64,000 bases of DNA from Candidatus Poribacteria bacterium (GCA_965215265.1 OZ244048.1:3456001-3520000); one strand, 5' to 3'. Shown: positions 22,732 to 33,319, counted from the first letter of the stretch. The notes: generated by a model not told the origin, from the letters alone. A program made the numbers and translations.

Positions 22732-23508
22732 ATGCAACCTGATAATATTCTGGCTCCACTCAGCAAGGAACAGATAGCCCAATATGATAAAGACGGGTGT
22801 TTATTGGTTTCTGGGTTAATTCCAGAGGACATTGCGGAACGTGCCGAAGCAGCGATGTGGGAGTGTATCGGCATGGACGCGTCGGCACCGCCATCATCAT
22901 GGGAGGGTGCCCCGGGCGGCATCCGACTTTACAATGACGTCGATTTAGTCAACTGCTACACGCCGGAATACCTCGCGGCATCCGCACAATTGGCAGACGC
23001 AGATCCGACTACCTTTAGCAAAACAGATACTCACCCTAAAACTTATTGTGCCCCTGACTTCCTTGAAGCAGAAAAATCCAATGAAGATCTCACCCGTTTT
23101 TTTCGATGGGATTGTGCTTACGTGATTAACGTTTTTCCCACAAAAGGAGACTGGGTGTTACAGGAGCCGCACATTGATCATTCGTTGCCGGAGCATCATC
23201 ACAAAACGTTCCCTGCGGTATTCCGTATCGGGACGTTAACCTATCTGAGTGACGTAGGGCATCACGGCGGTGGTACTGTTGTGTGGCCGGGCTCTCATCA
23301 AAAGATAGAAGCGATAGCTAAGGTAGCTCCGGCGCGTTACGCCTACCGGGATGCCCTGTCGAGAGATATGCTGACTATGCAATTGGGTGAACCGATTGAG
23401 TTGGAACCGCGCCGTGGGGATGTGCTATTTCTACACCACTTATGTGCACATGCGGGCAGTCCCAATCTGAGTAACCGACCGAGATTTGCCCTAAATATGA
23501 AGTGGTAA
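22732..23508 (+). CDS. Phytanoyl-CoA dioxygenase (PhyH) family protein
   Basis: LSKEQIAQYDKDG, HID, GGTVVWPGSH, GDVLF.H...HAG..N....R. Confidence 0.9.
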   Translation: MQPDNILAPLSKEQIAQYDKDGCLLVSGLIPEDIAERAEAAMWECIGMDASAPPSSWEGAPGGIRLYNDVDLVNCYTPEYLAASAQLADADPTTFSKTDTHPKTYCAPDFLEAEKSNEDLTRFFRWDCAYVINVFPTKGDWVLQEPHIDHSLPEHHHKTFPAVFRIGTLTYLSDVGHHGGGTVVWPGSHQKIEAIAKVAPARYAYRDALSRDMLTMQLGEPIELEPRRGDVLFLHHLCAHAGSPNLSNRPRFALNMKW

Positions 23509-23571
23509 GGGTAGTGCGTTCTGGTATCGTCTTCACAAGCCCGGTTTTCCGAAGCGTACCTACAGAGAGGA

Positions 23572-23602
23572 GTAGGCGGTGATGTCTATTCTCACCGCCT
23601 AC
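23572..23602. terminator. Hairpin between convergent genes, probable bidirectional terminator
   Basis: 11-bp stem gtaggcggtga / tcaccgcctac. Confidence 0.65.
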
Positions 23603-23621
23603 ACCAAACAAGCCCTCTGTT

Positions 23622-24626
23622 TCATCGTTTTGGCCGGGCAGGGCTCTCTGTTTCTGCGGATTCATAAATCAAATCCATTAATTCGGATTGGATAATCCCG
23701 TTGGTTGGGCTGGTTCGGGGTTCTGCTCTCCCCAATATAGCATCAATGAAGTTGTCATCCGGGGTACCAGCAGACATATCGTCAGTAATGGGCGGTGCCT
23801 CTAGTGCTTCATTGCCTTTCCAGACGCGGATCCATCCGCCTCCCCAGCCATCAACTTCAATGCGTCCATTCTCAAAGATTAGGGCCATGTGTGTGCCGCC
23901 TGGACTGGGACAGTTGCCACTAACAGCCATTGATGCGAGGACACCGTTTTCAAATTTGACGTTAATAGAAGAATTGATATCGACCTCCCGGTCTTGGTTA
24001 TCAGTAAAAGCATAAACTTCAGCGACGTTTGCTTCAACTGTCCAGCAGAGGCTATTGAGGAGGTGTGCTCCACTATCGTAAGCCTGTCCGCCCCCGGAGA
24101 GTTTCGGGTTTTGCCTCCAGGTTCCGGTCGTTCCGCCCTTCCATCCTTGTGTAATGTAGCCGACTACCAACTCAAGTTTACCAAGTTCTTGGTTTCGGAT
24201 AGTCTCGCGAATGTAATAGAAGTTAGGGGTGCAGGGTGTATTGTAACCGATTGTGAGTATCAATCCCGTCTGTTTGACCTTCTCTGCAAGCGTGTACGCG
24301 TCCTGCGAAGAGGTGACCATCGGTTTTTCCATGAGTACGTGGCAGCCTGCTTCAAGTGCTTGCATCCCTTGCTGAAAATGCAGGGTATGTGGCGTAGAAA
24401 TTACGACAGCGTCTGGTTTTGTTTCGCCAAGCATGTCTGCGATATTGTCATAGGCCCCTGGCCGCGGTGCGAGCCCTGATAGATTCCGGTCGATGTATCC
24501 GTTTGCAATGTCAGTGTTGACATCACACGTGCCGACAATTTGTACATCAGGGTTTGCATTCATTCGCCGTGCGTGGCCGGAGGAATTTCCGCCACAGCCA
24601 ATCATAGCAAGCCGAATTTTAGACAT
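23622..24626 (-). CDS. Gfo/Idh/MocA family oxidoreductase
   Basis: IGCGG, STPHTLH, HVLMEKP, SGGGQAYDSGAH. Confidence 0.92.
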   Translation of the reverse strand: MSKIRLAMIGCGGNSSGHARRMNANPDVQIVGTCDVNTDIANGYIDRNLSGLAPRPGAYDNIADMLGETKPDAVVISTPHTLHFQQGMQALEAGCHVLMEKPMVTSSQDAYTLAEKVKQTGLILTIGYNTPCTPNFYYIRETIRNQELGKLELVVGYITQGWKGGTTGTWRQNPKLSGGGQAYDSGAHLLNSLCWTVEANVAEVYAFTDNQDREVDINSSINVKFENGVLASMAVSGNCPSPGGTHMALIFENGRIEVDGWGGGWIRVWKGNEALEAPPITDDMSAGTPDDNFIDAILGRAEPRTSPTNGIIQSELMDLIYESAETESPARPKR

Positions 24627-24677
24627 ATTTTTCTCCTTTTTTCGGGATTAGGTATAAAAGTTACACAAGACGGCGTA

Positions 24678-25475
24678 TCAAGCCGCGCTCAACTGTGCAA
24701 CGTTCAACGCACCTTCCCCGAATACTCGTGTAAAGGTTGCCCCGTGGTGCGACCGGGTGTTGCCATGCATGTAGCAAACGCTGAAGGCACGCCGCGGAAT
24801 ATCAGTTTGGTTCGTACCGGAACTGTGAAGCAACCAATTGTGTAGCAATACCACTTCACCTGCCTTCAATTCCAGAGGGACTGGTGTAGACTTGGCAACG
24901 ATGTCATCAATCTGTTCTTGTGCCAGGAAACCGGAGCCGTGTGACGGATTGATAAGCGTGCTATGCGATTTTGGGATGATATGCACACAGCCGTTTTGAA
25001 TCGTGGCTGCATCTAAGGCAGTATAGATGGTAATCTGCGGGTCTCGATCTAGATCTGTCCATCTATCTTGGTGCCAGACGAGGTAAGTGCCTTCGTGCGC
25101 GGGTTTATTCATAAACATTGCGCGAAAACATGCGATAGGGACATCGTCCCCGTAGATTTCCGCGCATACTTGGCGAAAAATAGGTTTCTGAAGATATGTC
25201 AAAAAATAGGGATCCAGCTCCAGATTCTGAATTTTTCGATACAATAGGGTGGCCCCTTTATGTCCTTTGGACTGAGGCCCGGGTGAATTTTTCCCCGGTT
25301 CCCGGTCTAATTGCATCATGATTTTTTCATAATCCAAGGATGCTTTGCCGAGCATGATGTCATCCATGCGTTGTTGTAACTGCGCGAATTCAGCGTCGCC
25401 GGCTACCTGCCCGATACGAACGTAGCCATTTTCCCAAAAGTGTTCCCACTGTTCAGTTGTTATTTGCTGCTCCAT
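24678..25475 (-). CDS. PhyH family dioxygenase
   Basis: FWENGYV, WHQD, NGCVHIIPKSH, LHSSGTN....RR. Confidence 0.92.
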   Translation of the reverse strand: MEQQITTEQWEHFWENGYVRIGQVAGDAEFAQLQQRMDDIMLGKASLDYEKIMMQLDREPGKNSPGPQSKGHKGATLLYRKIQNLELDPYFLTYLQKPIFRQVCAEIYGDDVPIACFRAMFMNKPAHEGTYLVWHQDRWTDLDRDPQITIYTALDAATIQNGCVHIIPKSHSTLINPSHGSGFLAQEQIDDIVAKSTPVPLELKAGEVVLLHNWLLHSSGTNQTDIPRRAFSVCYMHGNTRSHHGATFTRVFGEGALNVAQLSAA

Positions 25476-25914
25476 GGCACACCTCCAAACTTAAAACGAA
25501 AATGTTATGCTTTTTAAGTATAACACATCTCTGCTCAAAATTTGACAAAAAAGTGCAAATTAACAATAATTTCCTTTTAAAGAGACTAAAAATTTTGCAA
25601 CTTTTCAGTCCGTTATTTGTAGTACAAATTATGCTTGGTGCTCCTGGAACACTTAACGGGTATACGCTGTACGCTTTTGCAATTTGCACTATTTGCCAAA
25701 TACGTTTACCAAATCATCTCGGTTTCAATTTTTGTGATGTTGTGCTTCCCTGCAGGAGAAATTTGGGCATTCTGGACGAAACGTGAACATTTATTCCCAA
25801 AGGTAGTGCGAGTATCGGTTTAGAGTTTGAGAACCAATGTCGCGAAAGTGTTTGAATTTGCACAAGGGCCTCAGTGCAATCTGATGTAGTTTTACAGTTT
25901 TTAGGCGTTATTAC

Positions 25915-27165
25915 ATGCGAAAATGTACAAACCGTGGCCTATTCATCTCATGTTGTCTCCACATCGCATTAATATTAGCGGTGTCTCCCTTTCTTTCGAA
26001 ACCTCTTAGTGAAACGAAGCAGAGCCTATCCGTTGTGATGCTAAAATTGGAACCTAAGCGGCGGCTACGGCGACAGCGGTTGCGGACTCGCGCCCCGATG
26101 GTAACACAGACTTCTCGCATTGCGGCATCAATCTCTTCACTGTCTGCACGGACGTATGCACCTCACTTTCACGCGCCTGAAGCACCCGTTCAGGCCGAAT
26201 TAGTTCCGCAGATAGTCACGCACGCCGACATACCGCAAAAGGAGATACCTGCTATGAGAAACGCCGGTTTCGGAATGCGTTTGGTAAGCGCAGCACCAAT
26301 AGCCATCAAGGGGTGCCACGGTATCAAGGCTGAAGTGCCCTGGCACCGTGGTTACAGTACTGGAAGGCACTTTGCAAACCAAACGCAGGTAGAGGACTTC
26401 GATATGGCGGATTTTGAGAATACGACTCTGGGGCTAGGGCTCTTTAACACCGACGTGATACCGGGGCACGGATTAATCGGAGAGGTTTATGTTCCCGGTG
26501 CTCCGCTTTTGACGATGCCTATTTTTGAACTTTTTAGCCCGCTTCACACTTTCGTGACAGCAAATTTGGATGTACCACCGCGAGACTATACCGAAGGGTT
26601 TCCTACGTCCAAGATGAAAGTTGTTACAGAGAATTTCGCGATTCGTTTCCAAGGAGAATTGGCTATAGATACGCCGGGACAACATATCTTCTGGCTTTAT
26701 TCCGATGATGGCGCGAGGTTATATGTCAACGGAAAACTGATTGTTGATAACGACGGCATCCATGCACCGCAAGTCAGAGAAGGCAGCGTATGGCTACCAT
26801 TAGGCATGCATCCGGTTGAAATCCACTATTTTCAGGGTCCACGATACACTATAGCATTGCAATGGTTCTATCAGCCGCCAAAACGGAGTGCACGTCATGT
26901 GTCGCGCCCATCAAATACGACTAAAAGCTCTAATAATGCGGTCTGGGTTCCCGGACAGGTTGTTCCGCCTGAGGTTATTTATCGTCCTGGCAAGCCGCGC
27001 ATTCCAGATGCCTTGAAGAAACTCCAAGAGCGGCTTAAAAACATTAAAAACATAAAACCCAAAACGGAGATGTTAAATGAAGTCCACGATGACTATAGTA
27101 TTCCTTTTCTTGATTGGACATTTTCTTCTCTATGCGCAAAATTACAATGGGACTGTTGCTTTTGA
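25915..27165 (+). CDS. Membrane-anchored PA14 domain protein
   Basis: N-terminal helix (ISCCLHIALIL), GLIGEVY, ENFAIRFQG, SDDGARLYVNGKLIVDNDGIH, HPVEIHYFQG. Confidence 0.85.
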   Translation: MRKCTNRGLFISCCLHIALILAVSPFLSKPLSETKQSLSVVMLKLEPKRRLRRQRLRTRAPMVTQTSRIAASISSLSARTYAPHFHAPEAPVQAELVPQIVTHADIPQKEIPAMRNAGFGMRLVSAAPIAIKGCHGIKAEVPWHRGYSTGRHFANQTQVEDFDMADFENTTLGLGLFNTDVIPGHGLIGEVYVPGAPLLTMPIFELFSPLHTFVTANLDVPPRDYTEGFPTSKMKVVTENFAIRFQGELAIDTPGQHIFWLYSDDGARLYVNGKLIVDNDGIHAPQVREGSVWLPLGMHPVEIHYFQGPRYTIALQWFYQPPKRSARHVSRPSNTTKSSNNAVWVPGQVVPPEVIYRPGKPRIPDALKKLQERLKNIKNIKPKTEMLNEVHDDYSIPFLDWTFSSLCAKLQWDCCF

Positions 27166-29449
27166 TTGTCCGGGTGTGCCTTCCTCCAAATTTCAATTTG
27201 ATTTGGATCGGCGCGTCATTGCGCAGGTTATGGAAGATCCGAATTTTGAGAGTATTCCTCTATTTACGAGACTGGAAAGTCTGCGTCTCCGCTACTACCA
27301 AAGCGTCGACGTAACGAAGATTCATCAGTATTATGGCGATACACTCAAATCACGCGGATGGAACGCATTGGTAGCATCGCAGCGTGAATTAAAGGAGAAA
27401 AAAGGGAGACTTCACCTCTATGTGCTCATGGACAGCGACATCACCTTGGGAATTTTCGTCATCTCCGAAAGTAAAGACGGTGTTTATCTGATAAACATCG
27501 TTGGGGAGATTCCGTCTAAACAGGTTAGTGAATTACTGCGTAACCTCAATCATCTGGGCATTGAAATCCCTGAATTGATGTCAGTCAATGAGTTAACGCC
27601 TGCCCCCAAAACTGGAGGGCAGCCGTCACCTCTTACAGAGAAAAACGGAAGAATAAAGCAGACACAGTTGTATAAAACGGGGGCTGATTTGCGAGTACGA
27701 AGTCCGCTGGCGTGGACTTATCAGGGGAAGCCAATCTACATATTAAAGAGACGAGGCACACAAGAAGAACTTGCCAAAATGCGAAACGGACTTGAAGGCG
27801 GATCCGGGGATATTGAAAAGGCCGTCCCGATTATCGACAAGCTGCTCCATCCAAAGCGGATAACATTACGAATAGAGAAGGAAGGAACGGAACGGACGGC
27901 TGTCCTGACTGTAGTACGGCCAGCATTCAGATTGGAGTCCCTAACGATTTCAAAATCTGGCACAGTCCGAAAACAGAGGGAAACGTTCGCAACTGGAATA
28001 ACCGAGGAGGCATTTCCTGCAACCCGGTTCCGGATTGCAGGAGCACCTATTCACGAGATACGTATCCGGGGTAATCGAAAAGTTCAGGAAACAGAGATTA
28101 GAAAGACACTCGGAAATGCTTCGGAAGATATTGAAGAGGCACTTAAGACTTTATTTCAGGTTATGCCTTATTTTAACGAAGTAAACCTAGAGATTGCGGA
28201 GGAAAATACGAAGCGGGTTGCTACTATCACCGTGGATGAAAAATTGCTCTCTTCGGATGTCTACCTCAGTCTCAATCCGCCATTGAGGTTTAGCTTTAAC
28301 CGCGTCATAGGCTGGAAAATCGACACCGGTTTTGCAATAGGACTGCGGAAACAGGTGGGGCCGTTATGGGTGTGGAATGTGGCGGATCCGGTTGAGGAGC
28401 AAGCATCCAAACTGTTTGGAAAAGTAGGTTACGCCTTTGGAAATCCGCGCATCCACTATCGTCTCGGTGGAGCAGCGAATTGGGGAAAGCCCTACGTCTG
28501 GCATCTCGGATTGACGACGCAAATCCATCGAGGTGCTGTCGCCATCGGGTCTGAAATTTTTCCCGGTTACAACAATGGCCTGTCCACGCTTTACCGTGTG
28601 TTTGGCGGGCATGATTTTGCCAACTACTATTTACGCAACGGAGTTGAGGTAGCATTCCGCTGGTTCCCCGTGATGCCAACCCATGCTTTCAATTTTCGCG
28701 TGGTTGCGGAATCCCATGAAAGCCTACAAAAGCGTACAGATTGGAATATCACAAATTGGCGTTCAAATCGTAAGACGCGAGGCAATCCCCCGGTAACCGT
28801 TGGACAGATGCGAAGCATCACGTTTCAGTACGATTTTAAGACCCGGAAAAATAGGCTCGGTTGGCATAATACCCTCCTCATTGAACATAGTAATGCAGCA
28901 TTCGGTTCCGATTTTGACTTTACGCGTTTACACTTGCACCTCAGGTACGCTTTCCCGCTTGGGAATAACCGTATCCGGACCCGATTGCTGTTCGGTTTTG
29001 CTAATACAGTGCTGCCAATCCAACGTCAATTTGTCATTAGCGGTCCAGGTGGGTTGAGAGGATATCCTCTGTTCGCTGCTGCAAATGACGTGGAAAGGGC
29101 AGCAACCGGCAATTGGTATCGGTATTCCGACTATGCATTTACAAGCGACAGTGGGTTCCTGCTCAACCTTGAATATTACTATCGGCTGTCTAACGTACTC
29201 GATATGGATTTTTTCAAAAACGTTTTTGTGGTTGGATTCTTTGATGAAGGACAAGTATGGGGTGCCTCTAACAAAAATACACGTTTTGATCCGGAGGGTA
29301 ATGTGGGCATAGGTTTGCAGCTCGGTGAAAATAATGCTATTTTTAGGATTAACTTTGCAACACCTATCCGTTCTAACTCGCCGGGGTTGAGGCGGCTCTC
29401 AATTGGACAAAGCGCTGTGATCACTGCGGTGTGGTATCAGAGTTTTTAG
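27077..29449 (+). CDS. Omp85/BamA-TamA-like outer membrane protein with an extra N-terminal domain
   Basis: Signal peptide, POTRA-like IHEIRIRGNRKV, FNRV.G, GGLRGY, FFDEGQVW, C-terminal Phe (WYQSF). Confidence 0.75.
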   Translation: MKSTMTIVFLFLIGHFLLYAQNYNGTVAFDCPGVPSSKFQFDLDRRVIAQVMEDPNFESIPLFTRLESLRLRYYQSVDVTKIHQYYGDTLKSRGWNALVASQRELKEKKGRLHLYVLMDSDITLGIFVISESKDGVYLINIVGEIPSKQVSELLRNLNHLGIEIPELMSVNELTPAPKTGGQPSPLTEKNGRIKQTQLYKTGADLRVRSPLAWTYQGKPIYILKRRGTQEELAKMRNGLEGGSGDIEKAVPIIDKLLHPKRITLRIEKEGTERTAVLTVVRPAFRLESLTISKSGTVRKQRETFATGITEEAFPATRFRIAGAPIHEIRIRGNRKVQETEIRKTLGNASEDIEEALKTLFQVMPYFNEVNLEIAEENTKRVATITVDEKLLSSDVYLSLNPPLRFSFNRVIGWKIDTGFAIGLRKQVGPLWVWNVADPVEEQASKLFGKVGYAFGNPRIHYRLGGAANWGKPYVWHLGLTTQIHRGAVAIGSEIFPGYNNGLSTLYRVFGGHDFANYYLRNGVEVAFRWFPVMPTHAFNFRVVAESHESLQKRTDWNITNWRSNRKTRGNPPVTVGQMRSITFQYDFKTRKNRLGWHNTLLIEHSNAAFGSDFDFTRLHLHLRYAFPLGNNRIRTRLLFGFANTVLPIQRQFVISGPGGLRGYPLFAAANDVERAATGNWYRYSDYAFTSDSGFLLNLEYYYRLSNVLDMDFFKNVFVVGFFDEGQVWGASNKNTRFDPEGNVGIGLQLGENNAIFRINFATPIRSNSPGLRRLSIGQSAVITAVWYQSF

Positions 29450-29461
29450 AGGGACTGCGAC

Positions 29462-30247
29462 GTGAACACTCTATCTATTTTTATCCGTTGCTGTTGTGCT
29501 GCGTGGTGCGGTTTTTCGCGCCCGAAACTTATTGCAATCGTTATTTTCATACTGCTTTGCGGGTCTTCTGCGCTGCCAAACGGCGAGAACAATAGGTACG
29601 ACTTTACTTTTGTCCGTCTCAAATATGGTGGTGCGCTGACGCGGCGTAGTAGTTGGCAGGTCGACTGGCCGGCTTCCGATAGAAACTTTATCTGGCAGCT
29701 CAGTAAACAGACAAACATTGATGTTGCTCCCCGCGAAAAGATTATCGAAGTCGGTTCAAAGGAACTGTTTGAATATCCGTTTGCGTATATGTTAGAGGTG
29801 AGTAGTCTGCGCCTAAGTCGGGCGGAGGCAAAAAATCTACGGGAGTATCTGCTGCGCGGCGGTTTCATCTTGATAGACGATTTCCATGGTGAACGCGAAT
29901 GGCGAATGTTCTATAAAGAATTCAAGAAAATCTTTCCAGAGCGCGAACCGGTGGACATTCCAATTTCGCATCCTATTTTCCGTTGTTTCTTCAAGATTGA
30001 GAAATTAGTCCAGATACCTGGGCTCCGTTCGCTTTTTAGTGGTAGAACATACGAACGGTTTGACGGCTATCCAGCCTATTGTCGCGGTGTTTATGATGAC
30101 AAAGGTAGGCTTCTGATGATGATCAACTTCAACACCGACCTCGGGGATGCGTGGGAACATGCCGCTGAGGATTTTTATCCACGTGAGTACTCCGATATGG
30201 CATTGAAAATGGGGATTAACGCTGTTATTTACGTCCTAACGCACTGA
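29462..30247 (+). CDS. DUF4159 domain protein
   Basis: FTFVRLKY, W..DWP.SD, YPFAY, LREYLLRGGF...DDF, NTDLGDAWE, GINAVIY.LTH. Confidence 0.9.
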   Translation: MNTLSIFIRCCCAAWCGFSRPKLIAIVIFILLCGSSALPNGENNRYDFTFVRLKYGGALTRRSSWQVDWPASDRNFIWQLSKQTNIDVAPREKIIEVGSKELFEYPFAYMLEVSSLRLSRAEAKNLREYLLRGGFILIDDFHGEREWRMFYKEFKKIFPEREPVDIPISHPIFRCFFKIEKLVQIPGLRSLFSGRTYERFDGYPAYCRGVYDDKGRLLMMINFNTDLGDAWEHAAEDFYPREYSDMALKMGINAVIYVLTH

Positions 30248-30456
30248 GGTGTCAACAAATTTTTGGAAATCCGGATAAAAAATTTGCAACGAGATTTAAT
30301 ATCTGATACTGCTACTATGTACCGCGCTTGAAACCGTAAACTTTCTCTTAACGTTTGTGTTAATAAAATTCGATTGCGATTCCTTTCAAAAAGCAAAATT
30401 CTTAAACTTTTAGCGTTAATTTGAGGTCTAAATTGAGTCAAAACGGAGGAAAAAAC

Positions 30457-31218
30457 ATGCTAACACGTAAACAGAAGTTAGATTTTTATGAAAACGGTTA
30501 CATCAAAGTTCCGGGTGTTGTACCGCAGTTAATGGTGGATGCCGCGAGACAGGCGATTAACCATTCCATCGGTGCTGTCGGCTTGCACGAAGGCGACCTG
30601 GAACGGTTCAGGGCGCAATCTTACTGCAACGAGATTAGGAACGCTCCTGAGATTGTGCATTTGTACGACAAAACGCCTCTTCGGGAGCTAGCAGAATCGT
30701 TAATGGGTGAAGGCAAAGTCAATGTGCCGGGTTCAGCCCAGATAGCCTTGCGATTCCCGGGCCCGTTGCACACGGACCCAAATGAACCGAACGGGCACCT
30801 CGATGGACTAGGTAGCGGTACAAATGGAATGCCGAAAGGTGTTTATCGGCGTGGTTTTACTGCGCTTGCAGTTGTCTATCTGGCGGATGTGCTGGATCCG
30901 TACAGCGGTAACTTCACCGTGTGGCCGAAATCGCACAGTTTTTTCGCGGACTATTTTAAAAAAGAGGGACATGAAGTATTGGCGAACGGTATGCCGCGTC
31001 CTGAACTTCCTGAAGGACCGGTGCAGATAACCGGCAAGGCAGGAGATGTTGTTCTCACACATCACCAGATAGTCCACACTGCAGCACCTAATGCGGCGGC
31101 AGATATCCGTTATGCTGCCATCTTCAGGCTGCGCCATGTTGACTGTGAGCAGAATGGACATGATGGCTACACGGATATCTGGCGAGAATGGCCAGGTATT
31201 CAAGAAGCAATATCTTAA
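30457..31218 (+). CDS. PhyH family dioxygenase
   Basis: FYENGYI, HLDG, GNFTVWPKSH, GDVVLTH...HTAAPN....R. Confidence 0.9.
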   Translation: MLTRKQKLDFYENGYIKVPGVVPQLMVDAARQAINHSIGAVGLHEGDLERFRAQSYCNEIRNAPEIVHLYDKTPLRELAESLMGEGKVNVPGSAQIALRFPGPLHTDPNEPNGHLDGLGSGTNGMPKGVYRRGFTALAVVYLADVLDPYSGNFTVWPKSHSFFADYFKKEGHEVLANGMPRPELPEGPVQITGKAGDVVLTHHQIVHTAAPNAAADIRYAAIFRLRHVDCEQNGHDGYTDIWREWPGIQEAIS

Positions 31219-31353
31219 ATCTAACCGAAAATAGAGTGCGCATGGTTTTTAGTCGTCGTGCTTTAAAATTTGTTCACTTGCACTCTATTCTATACCAAGT
31301 GTAATCGACTACAAAGTGAACGGGATCCGGAGATCCCGTTCTATAATAAGATT

Positions 31354-32196
31354 CTATCTGGTGTTTTTAATATCCGCCCAAGTCGTGCTCAGTTTGTCTG
31401 CCGGTTCAATGGCAAACGGATTTCCTGGGCCATTCGCAAGGTGCTCGACTTCTTTTTCAGAGAGTGCCCGGTGGAACATCAAAAATTCATCCATCAGTCC
31501 TCCGAACGCCCATGTGGGGCCCACCCCGGCATCAAAGGCCCCTGCTTCTGAGCCAATTCCAATAAATCCGAACCGTTCTAGCCCCGCGCCGATAACTTTC
31601 GCTGGGGCATCTACCTTTGCATCCAACTTACCATCAACGTATATCCGTTTCTCCTTGCCATCAAATGTGGCAGCAACATGGTGCCACTTTTCATCTGTAA
31701 CCTTAGTCTCACCATGCCAATCATGACAACAAGGACAACACGTATCAAAAGCGACGAAGGTTGTGTTACCGAGCAGGTCATCACCCGCAGCAAAACGGAA
31801 GAATTCACTCCTGTCCCAAGAGGCAATCATTCCATTTTTATCTGTTTTAATCCATGCAGCAAGGCTGAGTGCTTCAATCGGTTCGTTGTAATGGTGTTCC
31901 CGTACTGAAATATACTCGGCTGCGTTCCCCGGAAACTCCATACACTCCCCGACTTTGCCTTTGACTATCTCAAGGTTATTGCCGTGAAGGAAGCCGTCAT
32001 TTCCATTTTCCGAGCCGTCAAGGATATCATCACCTTTGAGTGTATCCTCGTTAAAACTGTAATAGATGATTAGGTCCTCATCGCTAAGTAGCTGTGTATG
32101 GCCAATGCACGCGGGTCCTATTAACATCAGGATTAATATCAAAAATCTTACATCGAATATGAATTTGCCAGATGCACCGTTGATAAAGATATTCAT
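31354..32196 (-). CDS. Secreted LamG (concanavalin A-like) domain protein
   Basis: LIIYYSFNE, D.S.NGNDG, WHHVAATFDG...IYVDG, FGGLMDE, tail EPADKLSTTWADIK. Confidence 0.9.
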   Translation of the reverse strand: MNIFINGASGKFIFDVRFLILILMLIGPACIGHTQLLSDEDLIIYYSFNEDTLKGDDILDGSENGNDGFLHGNNLEIVKGKVGECMEFPGNAAEYISVREHHYNEPIEALSLAAWIKTDKNGMIASWDRSEFFRFAAGDDLLGNTTFVAFDTCCPCCHDWHGETKVTDEKWHHVAATFDGKEKRIYVDGKLDAKVDAPAKVIGAGLERFGFIGIGSEAGAFDAGVGPTWAFGGLMDEFLMFHRALSEKEVEHLANGPGNPFAIEPADKLSTTWADIKNTR

Positions 32197-32477
32197 GGGT
32201 TCTCCTTTCATAAAAATTGGAATTGTTGGTATTTCAGAATTTATGAGGCTGCCTTAAGAAACTAGATGGTATAAGCCAAAAAGCCTCTGACGAAATACAA
32301 CAACGGGTGTTCATTCAACGCTTTCTAACTTGATCGCTATATGAAGATTTGCTGTGGAAGATCCATTGAACCGTAAGATTTATCTTCGGCTTAGCTTAGA
32401 TACCCACTGCAAAACTGCAACCTGTTTTTGGGGAAATATACTCGTATTTTACAAAAGTTAAAATAAAAAAGCAAGAA

Positions 32478-32840
32478 TTATGCAATAACGTTGACTTCTT
32501 GGTGCCACGGATGCCCAGCGAAATAGCCACCCAGCATTTCACCATATTCTGGCCAATCGTAGCAGGTATCCGTGGCGTTATGGATACCGAAAAATGCTTT
32601 GCCGTCGCGAACGAAGCCAAGCAGTGCTTCTTTCTGGACGTTATCAAAAGGTAAATTGCCCGTTGTTGCAAATGCGACGAGGTCCTGTTTTTGGAGGTTC
32701 TCGGCGTTAATCTGCTCACACCGGTGGGTTGTCACCACGTTCCAACCATTTTTTGCACCGATTTGCTTGAGTGCCACTTCACCGTCCGGTAGGTAACTAT
32801 GCTCAAAACCAGCGGAATGACGTAACATGAGAATGTTCAT
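32478..32840 (-). pseudogene. 3'-truncated ThuA domain gene
   Basis: SAGFEHS, GIHNATDT..DWPEYGEMLGGYF.GHPW, then an abrupt stop after about 120 aa, roughly half of a ThuA domain. Confidence 0.75.
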
Positions 32841-33013
32841 AAAACGATCTTTTCCCAAGGAATACAAGAATTGCGAAACAATTTTTTCGTGTTATTATAC
32901 AAAAATTCCAAAAAAAGTGGTAACATATTCGCACCGCCTCTCAAAAAGGTTGCCATACCGTCGCGTTTTGTGGCATTATTATCATAAACAGATATAAGGA
33001 GAATACTTGTCTC

Positions 33014-33250
33014 ATGAAATTTTTTAAGAAAGGTGAAGAAAAAAGGGGGGAGTTGGCAAATCAACTGTCGCTACAAATCTAGCAATCTCCTTGGCCAAGG
33101 CGGGGGCAAAAGTCGGTTTGATGGACGCGGATGCTTACGGGCCAGTATTCCAACAATGATGGGAATTCAAGAACGTCCATAGACAAGTCCGGCACGGAAA
33201 TTTGTTCCACTTGTTTGACATGATATTAAACTCATGTCAATCGGTTTTTC
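33014..33250 (+). pseudogene. apbC: Mrp/ApbC (NBP35) Fe-S carrier ATPase remnant
   Basis: From 33043 reads [34 protein letters not shown], frameshift, [33 protein letters not shown]; RBS plus ATG at 33014 in another frame; not in the ORF track. Confidence 0.85.
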
Positions 33251-33279
33251 GGTGGTTTTAGACGAAAGAATTGATTTAA

Positions 33280-33300
33280 AGGGGGACGCGCAGTCCCCCT
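33280..33300 (-). terminator. Terminator of the methyltransferase/ATPase cassette
   Basis: agggggac-gcgca-gtccccct hairpin 20 nt after the ATPase stop codon. Confidence 0.7.
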
Positions 33301-33319
33301 AACACATCACTGATGCTTA

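Noticed and set aside
25476-25914. AT-rich divergent intergenic region with short ORFs
   Set aside because: ORFs look non-coding and no convincing repeat or operator array was seen
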